NCBI RefSeq assembly: GCF_030144855.1
Contig: NC_082719.1
Span: 84,568,001-84,632,000, forward strand
Length of the DNA: 64,000 nt
Direction of reading: 5' to 3'
DNA from: Hypanus sabinus
Taxonomy: Eukaryota
Made by a program: the position numbers and the translations under genes. Positions 1 to 12,564 of the stretch are shown piece by piece. Positions within the stretch are counted from its first letter, which is position 1, and each line of letters starts with the position of its first letter. The notes under the pieces are model-generated. The model was not told where the DNA came from. It saw only the letters and a list, made by a program, of their open reading frames with translations, and did not search any database.

Positions 1-240
1 GTTGTTTTGAGGTGGCAGGACAATGCAATACATAAAAAAAAAACTATAAATTACAATAAGAAAGATAAATATAGAATTTAACCTGTAGTGGAAAAAGAGT
101 AAAAATAGTGAACTAGTGTTCAGGGGTTGGTTCAATGTCAGTTCAAAAATCTGATGGCAGAGGGGAAAAAGCTGCTCCTGAAATAGTGAGTGTGTCTCTT
201 CATGCTTCTGTACCTGCTCTCTGATGGCAGCAATGAGAAG
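1..240 (-). mobile_element. Rex1/Babar-like LINE 3' fragment
   Basis: Shares the tctgatggcagaggggaa-aagctg block with copies at about 49430-49930 and 63830-64000. Confidence 0.55.
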
Positions 241-401
241 AAAACTACTAAGTTTATGGTTCAATTGGGAAAGATAGCATCTACTTAACAACATAAAAGA
301 AAGAATTCCAATCCAAAAAATACAAGGGACGTAAACCACAGCAAAGCTAATATTTGTGAATGAGAGTAGTTTATCCATGCTATTGGGTTACACAAGTTCT
401 A

Positions 402-530
<129 letters not shown>

Positions 531-699
531 TCATTATCAACTTTATAATGCACTCATATCTTAGAAAGAAAATGCAAAACTATCAATTGATATGATAGAT
601 ATAATGGAGAGCAATCAGAATACAACAAAATATTTGATAATTAGTTAGTTTAATTTCTGTAGCCACTCCACATTTTTAAGCATAATTAAATAGGAGCTA

Positions 700-1360
700 A
701 TTTTTTGGTGGTGTGTTTTCAAGCAGATTGAGTGATCTGGTGCCCTGTTGTTTCCGAGAGTGTTCAGTGATCAGCGTGGCCTCGATGAGGGTTCCTGCCA
801 ATCTCACTGACTAAAGTGTCGAGGAAGACTGAAATTATTGAGGCGAGAGTGGAAAGCGAGGGGGTGTTCAATGCCATCCAACAGCCTCTTGCCTGCTGCT
901 GCTGGAGGAAGGTGTCTGTGTGTGACGGATGGACTCTCTCCCACTCACATGCTGCCCCTGGAAGAAGGTACCATGTTCGAATGGTCTCTCTCTCTCCTTT
1001 GATTCTGTTGGAGGATGGTGCCAGAATCCCGGGTATTGGACAGGGTTTAATTGACATGATTTGTGGATTAGACTCTGTTGTTCTATTTTGTTGCTATTTT
1101 GGGTGATTTTGATGGGATAGCCTATGGAAAATGAACAACACATTGCTAAGTTGAACTAGAACTGAAATGCCTGGACTCCTTTCGATTTTGTGTTTCATAT
1201 TCCGTGTTTCTGCAATTTGTTTTTCTTTTTGCACTTGGAATGGGTTATGCTTTTCTTTGAAAGGGTTCCATTGATTCGCGGCTGTATGTGGAAAGATAAG
1301 TCTCAAGGGTTGTATACTGCACATGTACTTCGTTAATAAATGTACTTTTAATCTTTGAAC
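700..1360 (+). repeat. Interspersed repeat with LINE-like tail (unclassified, possibly non-autonomous)
   Basis: Ends in tctcaagg-ttgtata...ataaatgtactttt...tttgaac, as do copies near 11050-11125, 12100-12445, 19625 (-), 51787 (-) and 62150 (-). Confidence 0.5.
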
Positions 1361-1386
1361 AAAAATACAAATTGATCTGAGATTTA

Positions 1387-1713
<327 letters not shown>

Positions 1714-2464
1714 TCAACAAAAATATAATCTGAATAGTATTATTCCCATCTTTTTGTTGCAAGTTTCTAAACAATGTATTTAATTGTTGCTCTTGACACT
1801 TTCAACCTTTTTACCCCAACTGTTTTATCTCTTGTGCTACATGCAAGGTCAGAGGAAACCTGGAAACTCTCGACTCTCAGGGAGTTATTTTTTTAACTCT
1901 GCTGGACTTTTCTACTTCAGTACCTAAACTTCAGACTCCTTTTCTTTGGTTTCATTTCTAAAATTAATTTCAACTTTTCACATTTAGCTGTAGACTATCC
2001 TACTTTAACAGTCTCCTTGTCCCTCAGATCTTCCTTTAAAGGACACCAGCTATAATAACAGTAAGACTGGATCAACTTCACTAAGTATTTCCTGGACTTA
2101 CGGAATTAGAAGAAGAATGAAAATTCTGATTTGATCAATAATTATCTCATAATGAGAGTTAATAATCATTGCATAATAAGCAAATGTTGAAAGGCACTAC
2201 ATTGCAACATTATCAAGCAAACCAAGACAGAAAATGCTGGAAATACTCATCAAGACAATCAAGAGAGAAACAGGTTATTGGCACGAAACTTTGAACTGTT
2301 TTCCACACCAAGGCTTTTGCTCTGAATACAGTAGATTCTGTAATTAGGCCATTAAGACATTGGAGAAAAATTAGGCCACTTGGCCCATCGAGTCTGCTCT
2401 GCAATCCATCATGACTGATTTATTATCCCTCTCAGCCCCATTCTCCTGCCTTATCTCTGTAACC

Positions 2465-3698
2465 TAGTGGTCACCAACCCATCGATCACGATTGACTGGT
2501 CGATTTTTGAGACTTTCCCAGTAGATCGCGAAAAAAAAGAAAGAAAAATAAATACACAAATACTGTTGAGAGATTGTTTCCAGGTTGCGGGTTTTTTTTA
2601 GTTCCGTTCTTTCCGTGCCATGTGCATGTGTGAAGCTCCCCCCCCCCCCCAACCCCCGCACTACACAGTGTACTTTAGTGGTCCCCAACCACCGGGCCGC
2701 GAGGATATGATTTGTCGATATGAAACGATATGAGTCAGCTGCATCTTTCCTCATTGCCTGTCACAGTCACTGTTGAATACACGCGAGGTCATTACCCACG
2801 CGAGGTTGTCAGTTGCTTAAATGCAGTGACACTCTCGCGCCAGGGATCACTGGTTGGTCTTGCACAGTCAGCGGGAAGTGCCGATGCTACTGGCCTAGAG
2901 CACGGACAGATGGGTGCTGCCTCTAGACCTGTTTAGCACACCAAATTTTCATGGGGAACCCAGTGATAAAATATTGGCAGAAGACCTAATTCGGGCTCAG
3001 GCTTATGTAGGTAGCAGAGCAGCTACCTCGCTGTGGTCTACTGAAACAAACTTTTGTCGGCCGATAGATCCTTCAAGGGGGATCCTGTCGCACTCCACGT
3101 TCGGTCGGTCACTCCCTCCGGAATGCAACTGCCACAGCCCCGGCACGAGGACCTCTGGCCCTTACCTTGTCCTCTCACCCCACCCACGACCAGCCGCACC
3201 TGATCATGGCGTCTGGTGGCGGGCAGGCAAAAGGCTGGGGTTCGGGCCCAGAGGCTGTCTAATGAGGCAATGAAGCCCTCAAAACTGCTTTGGTACCTGG
3301 AGTCTAAGCACCCTGCACTTAAAGACAAACCCGTTGAGTTTTCTCAGCGGAAAAAATGTGAGCAAGCAGGACAGAAGCTAAGTGCAGAGAGCCACGTAAA
3401 CTAAATTGCAGAATAGACTGGACATAAGGAACCCCCTTCGAGCATCGCTGTATTCCGGTCATGATTAACACCCCCCTTCCCTGTCGGGTGGTCCGCAAGA
3501 ATATTGTCAAATTTAAACCAAAAAAAAAGGGGTGATCCCTGGTGTACATACATTAATTCTACTTCCGGGTTGCGGGGTTTTACTTCCAGTCTTTTCTACA
3601 TGGTGCACGTGTGTGTGACTAACCGATTTAGGGTCGATCTTACCTTTCACCAAGGCCAAGGTATGGGATCTTGGGCTTAAAAAGATTGGTGGCCACTA
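2465..3698. mobile_element. Non-autonomous hAT element
   Basis: TIRs tagtggtcaccaa / ttggtggccacta; 8-bp TSD ctgtaacc / ccgtaact. Confidence 0.75.
2676..3541 (+). mobile_element. hAT (Buster/Charlie-type) deletion derivative nested in the previous element
   Basis: Ends tagtggtcccc / ggtgatccctg; TSD gtgtactt / gtgtacat; transposase remnant LSNEAMKPSKLLWYLESKHPALKDKPVEF. Confidence 0.8.
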
Positions 3699-4655
3699 CC
3701 GTAACTTTGATGCCCTGACCAATCAAGAACCTCCGCTTCAAATATACTCAGTGAGTTAGCCTCCAGAGTTATCCGTGGCATTGGATTCCACAGATTCACC
3801 ACCATCTGGCTAAAGAAATCCTCCCTTCATTTCAGTTCTGAATAGACATCCCTTATTCTAAGGCTCACGCACTATAGGAACCATCTTCTCCACATCTACT
3901 CTGTCTCGGCCTTTTGGTATTGAATAGGTTTCAGTAAGATCCCTCTTCATTCTTCTAAACTCCAGAGAGTGCGCCCTTAGAGCCAGCAAATACTCATCAT
4001 ATATTAATCCTTTTTTTCCTGGAATCATTCCTGTGAACCTCCTCTGGACCATCTTCTGAAAAGAAGCCAATCTGGATAGGCACCTTTCTTCCCATTCCTG
4101 CATTGTGATCTAATTTGTTCTGGACTTCGTTTAAATACACAATTTGTTACTCAGTTAAACGTAGTTTATTTTTTTAAAACTATTTCCATGAAACTTTGGC
4201 TATCTGGGTTAAAATATACTGGTCCCAATTATCTGGAATCCAGATATTCGTGATTTCCAGCACCTGTTGTACTTTGGTTTTGGATTCTTGAACAAAATCT
4301 GACATTGAAATACTTACAGGGATATTAAAGAAGTCAAGCAAAATCTTCAGGGGGTACACAAAATTGAACACTTTAAGAAAGGAATTTCAAAGCTTAAGAT
4401 AACTAAGTAACCCGTTAGAATCTGAGTGCATGGTCAAATAGGGCACCAAGATTGGGATTTGGCTTCAAACAGAGGCCATGGGGAGACTAGGTTAGCAACC
4501 TAGTTTGTGGCTTTGGTTTTCCAAATAAAATGAATGGAAGGATTTTGGATCAAGCAAACAGCTTAGAGGTGGTGGATGGATAAAGAGAAGCTGCAGTAAA
4601 CATTGAGTTCTGTTCATTTAGACTATAAGTACTTAGCAGGCGTGCACACTTTCCC

Positions 4656-6505
4656 TGTTATGTGCACGTGTGCTGGAGGGAAAAGGGATGAAAAGGTGTA
4701 TTGAACTGAGATGCTGAAAGTACAGTTATTTAAAGAAAAGGAAAATGTGTTTTTGTTGTTTGGGTATTAACAGTGGTAGTAGAGGATGGTTTCCAATTAC
4801 AGGATCCCACTGGCATTTGACAAGAGCAAGTCTTATGAAAGCTGGACAAATGAAATTTGAATATGGACCCGTGTTGCGGAACTGGAGAAGAAGCAAGCCT
4901 TGGCTGGTGCATTTTCGCTTTCAGAAAAAGCACGAGGGTCTGCAATGGGAATTTCAGTGGAAGACTTGAACAAAGATGATGGTATGAATAGGCTAATATA
5001 TACAGGTAACTCTGTTTTTTTGAAGGAAGAAAAGGATCGGATGAATGAGGCATATTCAGACTTTGACAAAATATGCAGACAATTTTAAAACTATTTCTGA
5101 TTATGTTATTGATTTTGAACAAAAGTACAGTCACAGTGTAAACACAAAATGAAACTTGCTGACGCTGTATTAGCTTTTAAATTGCTGGATACTGCATGGA
5201 TAGACATAAAAGACAAAGAGATAGTGTTAACTGTATGTACAAAACCTATATTTGTATCTATGAAATTGGCACTGAATAGGAATTTTGGAGAAATAGCTGT
5301 TAAGACAACAGTCAGAATTAGTTTGAATCAGGAAATGGCATTCTACACTGAGCAATATAGCAAGCCTAGATCCCAGAGTGACCAGGCTAGGTACTATTGC
5401 CTGGCATGTCTAATAAACAAATCCGGTAGAAGATCAAAATGTGCAGTATGTCTAAGTATTTACCACTGGTTAAGAAACTGTCCATATAGAACCGAACAAA
5501 TTAGGCTAACTGATGAAAATAACAAATCTGAAGACGTAGATTGTTTGTGAAGGAATCACTTACTAATGTAGAGACATCTGAGGCAGAAAGTTTGATGATA
5601 GAACCTCTAGGATCTGCTGTTAATGGTACAGCATGCAAATGCACGGTTTGTGGAGAAAAATGACTTGAAAGCTATGTAAGTGAACTAAGCCAGAATGAAG
5701 TGCAGAAACTGGTGAACAGATACATTCAGCTATAAAACATTCAAATTTGGAGATGGAAAGATTGTACATTCCACCAAAAAGAGTGAAAATTCCCACAAAA
5801 ATAGGGCAGACAGAATGTTACATTGAAACAGAGGTGGTACCAATGAACATTCCATTACTTGAGTAAAATTTCCATAAAGAAAGCAGGAGCAGTACTGGAT
5901 ATGCAGAATGACCAAACAACGATGTTCCAACAGACAGTGTCTCTCGAGCTCACCAGCTCTGGACATTACTGTGTGAACATTCTAGGTTAAAGACATTACT
6001 GAGAATCAATGTGAAAATGAAGTATTAACTGTCACACAAAACATGACCATTGATGAGAAATTCAAAGTGTTTCTCAAACTTCACAAACAGTTTAGACACG
6101 CTTCAATTGCTAGACTTCAGAAACTGCTCAGGAGTTGAGGAAACAAAGCTGCAGATTATTTTTCCATTCTAATGCAAATAATTGACAGCTGTGAGACATG
6201 CCAAAAGTTTGGACAGCCCAAGCCCAGCATTGTGGTTGATCTGCTCCTACAATGAAACAGTAGCTATAGACCTACATGAACTGGAGCAATAAGCGTGGCA
6301 TCTCCACATCATTGATGAGTTCACAGAGATAATATAAGTTCCTGGATAATTGTGGGTGGCCCACTATGGAGAATATTCAATGACAATGGCGGTCAGTCCA
6401 ATTGTGGTGAATTCAAAGATGTGGCAGAAAACATTAATATTGAAACAAAGACAACAGTGGCAGACAGACTTTGGAGTAATGCACTTCTGGGGCAACATAC
6501 TGAAA
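4656..6505 (+). mobile_element. Ty1/Copia-type LTR retrotransposon relic (5' LTR, PBS, gag, protease, integrase; 3'-truncated)
   Basis: LTR TGTTA...TAACA at 4656-4772; PBS TGGTAGTAGAGGATGGTTTC at 4774-4793 (tRNA-iMet); gag with CCHC knuckle CAVCLSIYHWLRNC; decayed protease (TVCGEK, FKFGDG) followed directly by integrase (KLHKQF, CETCQKF, HIIDEFT, FNDNGG). Confidence 0.82.
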
Positions 6506-6510
6506 TAACA

Positions 6511-7150
6511 GAAACATAGAAAACCTACAGCACAATACAGGCCTTTCAACCTACAAAGCTGTGCCGAACACGTCCTTACCTTAGAAATTACCTACGGTTA
6601 CCCATAGCCCTCTATTTTTCTGAGCTCCATGTACCTGTCCAGGAGTCTCTTAAAAGACCCTATCATATCCGTCTCCACCACCGTCACCGGCAGCCCATTC
6701 CATGCACTCGCCACTCTCTGCGTAAAAAACTTAACCCTGACATCTCCTCTGTACCTACTTCCAAGCACCTTAAAACTGTGCCCTCTCATGCTAGCCACTT
6801 CAGCCCTGGGGAAAAGCCTCTGACTATCCACACGATCAATGCCTCTCATCATCTTATACACCTCTATCAGGTCACCTCTCATCCTCTGTCGCTCCAAGGC
6901 ACAAAGGCCGAGTTCACTCAACCTATTCTCACATGGCATGCTCCCCAATCCTTAAGGACTCGGACCCCAAGATCCCTCTGATCCTCCACACTGCCAAGAA
7001 TCTTACCATTAATACTATATTCTGTCATCATATTTGACCTACCAAAATGAACCACCTATCTGGTTTGAACTTCATCTGCCACTTCTCAGCCTAGTTTTGC
7101 ATCCTATCAATGTCCGGCTGTAACTTCTGACAACTGTCCACACTATCCTC
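6511..7150 (-). mobile_element. CR1 LINE 3' fragment, relatively intact
   Basis: ORF 6598-6948 is the CR1 RT C-terminus (RMRGDLIEVYKMMRGIDRVD...FFTQRV..WNGLP) followed by the 3' tail. Confidence 0.9.
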
Positions 7151-7479
7151 ACTCCTGCAGCAAATACTCCCCTAAAAAAAGACGAACACACTAACCACAT
7201 TCCTAATTGATTGCTGGCTTTCAGTGACTTGTGTTGTAGTATACATAGGTCCCCTGGAACATCAATATTTCTGCATCTCTCATCAGCTAGACAAGTGGAA
7301 TATTTTTGTTTTATACAGCAAAGTGGGTGCCCTCACATTTTCCACATTACAGGCAGTCCCTGGGTTACGTACGAGTTCCGTTCCTGAGTCTGTCTTTAAG
7401 TCGGATTTGTATGTAAGTCGGAACAAGTGCAACCGGTACTATTTAGCGTCAGTTAGTCAAACGTTTGTCTTAGTATATA

Positions 7480-9231
7480 CCGTAGATTCCGGACTACAGA
7501 GCGCACCTGATTAAAAGCCGCATGCTCTAATTTTAGAAAGAAAATCAATTTTGTACTTGTACAAGCCGCACCGGATTTTAAGCCGCAGGTGTCCCACTTT
7601 GTAATATGAGATATTTACACAGAAAGATATTACACGTGAGGATTTTTTAACTTTTAATTAAATCCGTATGGTAACATAAACAAATACATATTGCAAATGC
7701 TTTTTCTCGAACAGTGCCTGTAACACAGCTACTTTTAAATATACATACGTATCGGTAACACACAAATTATGTTGCGTATACTTTTTTACTGAACAGCGCA
7801 CGAACAACATTCCAATATCTCCTAATGACTGGTAAAAAAAATATATATACTGCAGCCTACCAGGAAAAGTTATTGACCGCCTTCTTCATCTTCCTCCTGC
7901 GCATTAAAACCATCAAAGTCCTTCAGTGTCTGAATTGAATAAAACCTCAGGATCTCGTCACTCACTTCAGTCTCTTCGTTGTCGCTCTCACTTGAGCGGA
8001 CGCGGTCCTCTTCATCACGCAGCAGTCCAGCCTTTCGAAACCCGCTGGTGATGGTGGATGTTGTGACACGGCTCCACGCATTTAGGATCCACTGGCAGAC
8101 TTGAGTTAAAGATGCTCTTCGCATGCGTCCTGTTTTGGTAAAGGATTTCTCGCCGCTCGTCATCCAAGCCTCCCACTCAACGCGCAGCGCCACTTTAAAT
8201 GCCCGGTTCACGCTGATGTCCAGTGGCTGCAAATACTTCGTGGTGCCCCCAGGAATCACAGCTGGAATTGAGTTTGTACTCTTGATGGCAGCTTTCACTG
8301 AACTTTCATTGTCAGCCGTTTAAAAAATCACCATCGGTGGAAGCTTTAGTCCGGATGCTGTGCAGCTCAGAACACAAGTAAAATGCGTTCTCTCATGGCC
8401 ACTTGTTTTCAGTGTGATGGACGAGTCACCTTTTTTATTAACAGTCCGAGTGAGAGGCAGGTCAAACGTCAAAGGTACTTCATCCATATTTATGATATCA
8501 TCTGGCCCGATGTAATTCTCCGCTATCTTTGTTTGAGTGAATGTGCGGAAGTTAGCAAGCTTTTCCTCGTGGTCGGGAGGGAGCTGCTGACACAGAGTCA
8601 TGCGTACCCTGACGGACAGGCCTTTTCGTCTCATAAATCTAAAACACCATGATGGCCCACCTCTAAAATCTTCGATTTTCATTTTGGTGGCGATTGCTTT
8701 AGCCTTCAGTCTGATCTGCACAGTGAAAACACTGCGGCCGCCTGCTCTCTGTGTGTTAACCCAGTCTTCAAGAAAGTTTTCAAGTTCGGGCCATCTGCTA
8801 TGATTACCTCTGAAAGCTTTTGTCGTCTTTTTGCATTGACTCAGTTCTTCATGCTGGCGTCTCCACCGTCTCACCATCGATTCATTTATGCCAAGATTAT
8901 GTGCAGCAGCTCGATTTCCTTCTTCAACCACCAGATTGATCGCCTTTAACTTAAAAGCTGCATCATATGCTTTTATTCGAGTGTTTTCCATGTTGATGAG
9001 GGTGAGTACAAATGACTGATTTACAATAACTTAATTGTGAAAGTGCGCTTGATTTATCGTACAATTTCATTGGACCTCTGTGAACTACTCATCAATTTTA
9101 TTGGTCTACTGTTACGAGGCAAAATGTTTTTGGCGGCATGAAAAAAAAACATGCATTAGCCGCACCGTAGTATAGGCCGCAGTGTTCAAAGCGTGGGAAA
9201 AAAATAGCGGCTTATAGTCTGGAATTTACGG
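7480..9231 (-). mobile_element. pogo-family DNA transposon (POGK-like), internally deleted, nested in the outer element
   Basis: TA-flanked TIRs CCGTAGATTCCGGACTACAG / TTATAGTCTGGAATTTACGG; encloses the transposase ORFs. Confidence 0.9.
7870..8991 (-). pseudogene. Disrupted pogo transposase (Brinker-type DBD, CENP-B HTH, partial DDE)
   Basis: ORF 8320-8991 (YDAAFKLKAI...VRRWRRQ; NMDEVPLTFD) and ORF 7870-8298 (IPGGTTKYLQPLDISVN) are separated by a TAA; the segment with the second catalytic Asp is missing. Confidence 0.88.
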
Positions 9232-10091
9232 TAGTATATATTTTACCTTTCTATGCATATAAAGCACTTAAACGTATGTATTCCAATAATTAAAACACTG
9301 TGTTGCTAGTAATAATTGTAGCTTTCATCGGGACAGGGCCTTTCACAGGCTCCATTATTCTCACTTCATCTATTATCCTTTAAAATTATTCAGATCATTG
9401 ACCAACTGTAGCTTAACGCTTTTCCAATGACATTTCACCTCTTTCCAAACGCTTTATTAGTTCCACTTTATTTTCAATCACGATCGCTTCCCGTCAACGG
9501 AACAGAAACACTGCAGGCAGCGGGTCCCGACCTGCACCGGCTCCCAAAGTCCACTGGGTCCTAAGAACCACCGCACTGAATTCCCCGGGTCCTAAACTCC
9601 ACTGCACTGAGACAGGCTAAATGGGACAAGTGGGGGCTGTGCTGGGTTATCCAACTCGGGAACCTCCGTTCTCCAGCCTGGCACTGAACTGACTGCGCCA
9701 CCAGCCGACAGGAATGGTGGGGGGGGGGGTCAGGGTGAATCTTACTAAGAAAAATTTAAGCCAAATACAAAGTTAAACACTCAACACAGTGTCAACAGCA
9801 ACGACTTAAAATGGCGGACAGCTCTGTGATACGACTTAAAGTGGTGGACGGGGTTCTCCTTCCTCGGTTTCTAAGTACAAGTTGTCTGTAAGTCAGACGT
9901 TCGTAACTCGGGAACCACCTGTACTTTTCATTTGTCTTCTTCTCACCACTCACTTAGCTTGTCTATAATGGTCTAGAAGCCTCCTTATTTCACTCTAGCT
10001 TGTATCATCAGCAAACCTGGAGGGATGACATTTGGTCACCTCAGCCAAATCATTGAGATGGACCATGAAAACCTTGCACCCCAACCTTTGA

Positions 10092-10305
10092 CAAACAAGA
10101 GAAAATCTGCAGATGCTGCAGATTTCCAAGCAACACACATGATATGCTGGAGGAACTCAGCAGATGAGGCAGCATCTATGGAAAAGAGCACAGGCGACAT
10201 TTCAGGTTGGTCCTGCTGAAGGGTCTCGGCCTGAAACTTCAACTGTCCCCCTTTCCATTGATGCTGCCTGGCCTGCTGAGTTCCTCCAGCACTTTGTGTG
10301 TGTTG
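10092..10305. repeat. Penelope-type pLTR fold-back (inverted pair)
   Basis: tgctggaggaactcagcag..ggcagcatc and its reverse complement flank a degenerate hammerhead core (ctgctga-agggtctcggcct-gaaac). Confidence 0.75.
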
Positions 10306-11254
10306 TCCCAAACTTTGATCCCGGTGGCACCCGACCAACCATTGCCTGGCAATCTGAGGAAGACTCAATTCTTCCCACTCATTCTACTGTTAACAAATTC
10401 TCATCTCATGCCAGGGTATTTCTCTTAAGTCCATGCGATTTAAAGAAGACGCAAGAAACTGCAGATGCTGGGTGCAGGATTCAACCCGAAACATCAAAAA
10501 TTCCATTCTCCCCTACAGCTACACCTCAGCTCTAAGCAAATTCTGGCCAAGATTTACATAATTAAGCAAAAAAAAAGTGATGCATTTCATAAAGGAACCA
10601 ATTCAAATAGCAAACCCAGCAACAGGAATCAGCTGGTGCGTTCATCCAGGTCAGAGCTTGTGAGCTCACTAGAAACTTGAACATTAAAAAAAATCCAAGT
10701 TTCTACAGTTCACTCAGGTGGTCATAAAACTGCTGGTATCATTTGGAGAAAAATCAAACACATCATCCACAGAATCCTTGGCCAATACTTGCGATCGTTC
10801 AATCTTGACTTTTAAACACTATTATCTGGTTATTTTCCTAATGCTATTTGGATATAAATTGGCAGTTACATTTCCAGTATTACCATAGAGACAGTACTCT
10901 ACTGAAATATGCATATTGATACTATTTCTATATGCTGTATTTCCTCAGTTTTCTCGGTGCCATTTGACGATATTTTTTGCCTCGGGAGGGAAGTTGGATA
11001 CTTTTCCCTGGGTGGGTTGGTTCTACTGTTTTTCTTTGTTCTGTCGCTGTGTGGAAGACAAATTTCAAGGCTGTATACTACTTATTAACTTAGATAATGA
11101 ATGTACTTCGAACTTTGAACTTCAAAACTGAAAAATACTATAAGTGCAGTAAAGCCATTGAAATGGTCCGAAACAAAAAGAAAAATACCTGCTGGAAACA
11201 AGCAGTAAAATTGAATCTTACAATCCCATTCATGTTGGCTTTTGATCATCATCC

Positions 11255-11600
11255 TCATTCAGTATACGCCGTGTCATATGGCGTAGGCAATCATGGTCCC
11301 ATGACCATGACTGTGCCTGGCAAATTTTCACACAAGTGGCTTGCCATTGCTTTCTTCTGGCCAGTGTCTTTACAAGACAAGTGACCCCAGCCATTATCAA
11401 AACTCTTCAGATTGTCTGCCTGGTGTCAGTGGTTGCATAACGAGGACTTGTGATATACACCAGCTACTCATATGACCATCTGTCAAGTGACCCTGATCGG
11501 GGGGCTAAACAGGTTCTGCACCTTGCTCAAGTGTGATCTGCAGGCTAGCGGAGGGAAGGAGCACTTCCTTTGGTAGGTGTGTATCTCCACCCACCATCCC
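11255..11600. repeat. Unclassified SINE-like repeat (second copy at about 24975-25305)
   Basis: Two clearly homologous copies in the window (gtggcttgccattgc-ttcttctgg...caggctag-ggagggaagg...gtatctccac). Confidence 0.65.
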
Positions 11601-11666
11601 ATGTTTTTCCCATATAAAATGTAAGTGGATTGGCAAGAACTGATAAAATGGCAGTGAGGAACTCAC

Positions 11667-11767
11667 CTCGCTCCGGGAGAGCGCAGGTGTCAAATGAAAC
11701 ACAGGATTGGGAGTTTCTGGGAGAGGCCAGATTCTCCCAAAAGCAGTGAAGCTGCTTATTGACAGTT
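11667..11767 (-). CDS. GALT: Candidate additional 5' coding exon of GALT
   Basis: Strong acceptor ctttttattttaaacag| and donor GAG|gtgagt. The 101 bp are open (TVNKQLHCFWENLASPRNSQSCVSFDTCALPER) and end in phase 1, giving G+AA=Glu in frame with the 1453-1622 exon. No homology support. Confidence 0.45.
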
Positions 11768-12564
11768 CTGTTTAAAATAAAAAGGGAACCTGGTATTGCC
11801 AGCATTTATTGTCCATCCTTAAATGTCCTGAAGTAAGTGGCTCACTAGGCCTTTCCTGACTTTAATCACATTGGTGGGTCTGAAGTCCTGTACCAGGTAA
11901 AGATGGCAGATTTCCTTATCTGAAGGTCGTTGGTGAAGCAGATGCATTTTTTTAAAAACTCAATAGCTCTATTTTTTTTTACCAAATTCCAGGTGAAACA
12001 CTGATTTTTAAATTCCACAACTGCTATAGCTGGATTTGAACTTTGTACGCCGAGATTGTTAGATTGGATCTCTGCTCTGCGACGCTTACACTGCTCTCCA
12101 CTACCCTGAGGCTCAGGCTGTGGCCTGACCCAGCTGCTCCGAGCTTGTGTTTGCAAGCTTCGCGACAATTTGCCCCGCTGTGTGAGTAACTGAGGCTGAA
12201 GCTGTGGCCCTGATCCAGCTGCTCTGGGCTTCATGTCTACGGACTTACATTCATTCCAATTGCTGTTGCTTGCTTTTAGTGTTAGCATGATTTGCATTTT
12301 TCTCTTTCAGCACAATGAGTGGTAGTTTGCCCTTTTCTAAAAACGGGTTCTTTCCGGTTTCTTGTTTTGTGATGGCCTATAAACAGACAGATCTCAAGGT
12401 TGTAAAATTTATATATACTTTGATAATAAAAGTACTTTGAACTTCGGTAACTTAACTGCCAGGCCAACTCTAAGCATGTTGGGACCGTTAGGCTTTGGAC
12501 AAAGGAACCCTCTGAGTTATTGGATGTATTATCTCTTTCTGTCCCACAGTAGCAGTGAGATCAT

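Larger units (their letters stand above)
2345..4055 (-). mobile_element. CR1 LINE 3' fragment split by a hAT insertion
   Basis: RT C-terminal remnant in ORF 3858-4103 (VQRRFTGMIPG...LEFRRMKRDLTETY) and a CR1 3' tail on both sides of 2465-3698. Confidence 0.8.
7350..9921. mobile_element. Tigger/pogo-type non-autonomous DNA transposon (outer element)
   Basis: TA-flanked TIRs CAGGCAGTCCCTGGGTTACG / CGTAACTCGGGAACCACCTG; inserted in a CR1 remnant. Confidence 0.8.

Noticed and set aside
4180-4371. Minus-strand GTAAGT donor near 4312-4317 and an MSDFVQESK ORF as GALT exon 1
   Set aside because: The phases do not fit exon 2: they give a stop or a frameshift.
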